Shown here: one piece after another, positions 62,200 to 64,000 of the stretch | How the letters are laid out: the number at the start of each line of letters is the position of its first letter | Position numbering within the stretch: the stretch's first letter is position 1 | Assembly (NCBI RefSeq): GCF_009914755.1 | Contig: NC_060931.1 | Reading direction: 5' to 3' (one strand) | DNA length: 64,000 bases | Origin: the human T2T-CHM13v2.0 reference genome, Homo sapiens | The notes under the pieces: model-generated | Database searches by the model: none | What the model saw: the letters and a program-made list of their open reading frames with translations, nothing else | Told to the model about the DNA's origin: nothing | Position numbers and translations under genes: made by a program

Positions 62200-62568
62200 A
62201 GAATGTAAGCAACAAGCACAGTGGTATTGGTGGATACCTAAGTGTTTGTCACCAACAGAAATCACGGATATTTTCTTATCACATGCAGTTGTTGCAGATA
62301 TCCCAAAATATCATTCACCCTCATCACTACTTCAAAATTACAGTAGTTATTAAATTCACTGCTAGATTTTATAATTTAAGTGAATTAAAAAGATGTTATA
62401 AGATTACAAGTTTGGTTTATTTTTATTTCAATGCAATTGTTTATCTTTGTAATCCTATTTTGGTGTATTTTTATTTTATTCATTTAAAAACATTATTTGA
62501 AAAAGAGTCCATGGATTACATCATAGTACCAAAGGGGACTATGGCACTGAAAAAGTTAAGAACCCCTG
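62200..62568. mobile_element. hAT-Charlie terminal fragment (Charlie2-like)
   Basis: catcactacttcaaaattacagtagttatta; ends atggcactgaaaagttaagaacccctg. Confidence 0.65.
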
Positions 62569-62884
62569 TTCTGTATGTGCCATTCACAGGAGACCACAGC
62601 CCCAATTTGACTATATGCTCTATGAAAACAGGCACTGTATCTGTTTTTATAAACCAGAGCTACCACAAAACCTGAATGATGTTCGATAGTTGCTTAATTA
62701 ATATTATATAATATAAAGCAAGCAGATAAATCTCATATATAGATACAAAGATTTATAAAAAGCACAGAGAAAAATAATATATTTAAAATGAACTCATATT
62801 TACTAACTATGCAAGTAAACACTGACATTCATTATCGACTAGTTATCCAAAAAATATGCCTTCTCCCTCTATGCTTTAATCAAC

Positions 62885-63222
<338 letters not shown>

Positions 63223-64000
63223 TAACTCCAGAGAATGGCAATATTTTTCATGCTTGCTTCCTACTAAAACTACAGAAGAAAACATAGCTAAGAAATTGTG
63301 TAACCATGTCCCTCCCTTCTTTTGAAAGAAGTCTGCCTCCTGACAGTTATGTTTTCTGGATATATCTCATTGAATCTAGTGTATCCAATGTCATCAAAAT
63401 TGTACTGTAAAGCTAAAACATTAGCACTATATTAGAAAAAGCAAATTATTTATTAACACTATCTTTATTCACTAAACTACTTAAAATATTGACACTGATT
63501 AATAATATGAATATAGTTGCTGCTTTCACAGAACAATGTAAGCAACTAAAAGTAAATACACAAAAAAAGCACTAATTTTCTCTGAGAGTTAACACTTTTA
63601 CAGGTGACTTACTCTCTTTATAATTACCCACAGTTCCATAAATTTCTACAAATATACATTACTGTTATAATATTTAATGTGATTTTTTAATGCAAATTCA
63701 AAAAGCTTAAGAGTCCAATACTTGTCAAAAGCCAAAAAATATGCGGGCATTAATTTAAATAGTAATTGTTTAAGCAGGATAGACTGCTAATAAATGAAAA
63801 AAAATAGTAACTGTTGGAAGTCAACTGTTCTCTAGGTGTTTTATTTAGTTGTTATCAGTATTTCCTTTAGTTTTCCTACATAACTTTTAAATGTTAATGG
63901 AATTTTTTGCAATTAATAAAAGAAACTAAAATAAACCAACAAATTACAACATACATCTTTATAACAATTATTTCTACCAATATTGATCTTCTTCTGAAAT

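Overview
AT-rich primate (very probably human) genomic DNA lying entirely inside KMT2C (MLL3), which is transcribed on the minus strand. Four coding exons have canonical AG/GT ends and a continuous reading frame: 53496-53634, 38032-38232, 34692-34840 and 32860-32969 (139, 201, 149 and 110 nt). They match exons 3-6 (about aa 84-283, start of the extended-PHD1 region) as I recall the protein. The rest is intronic and repeat-dense: about 53 Alu elements or fragments, old L1/L2/MIR relics, MaLR/ERVL LTRs, an intact LTR13 solo LTR with a 6-bp TSD, and DNA-transposon fossils (Cheshire- and Charlie1-type hAT transposase relics, Tigger4b, MER5A, MER20, MADE1). Almost all ORFs in the supplied track are repeat-derived. 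I see no evidence of a wholly new genetic system. The best leads are RNA-level: (1) inverted Alus flank exons 4-6, and the back-splice junction would itself create a stop codon ending a 100-aa ORF; (2) a candidate poison exon in intron 6; (3) a (UG)20-guarded Alu cryptic acceptor; (4) a NAGNAG acceptor at exon 3. Repeat family names come from recalled consensus sequences, and repeat boundaries are approximate unless a TSD is given.
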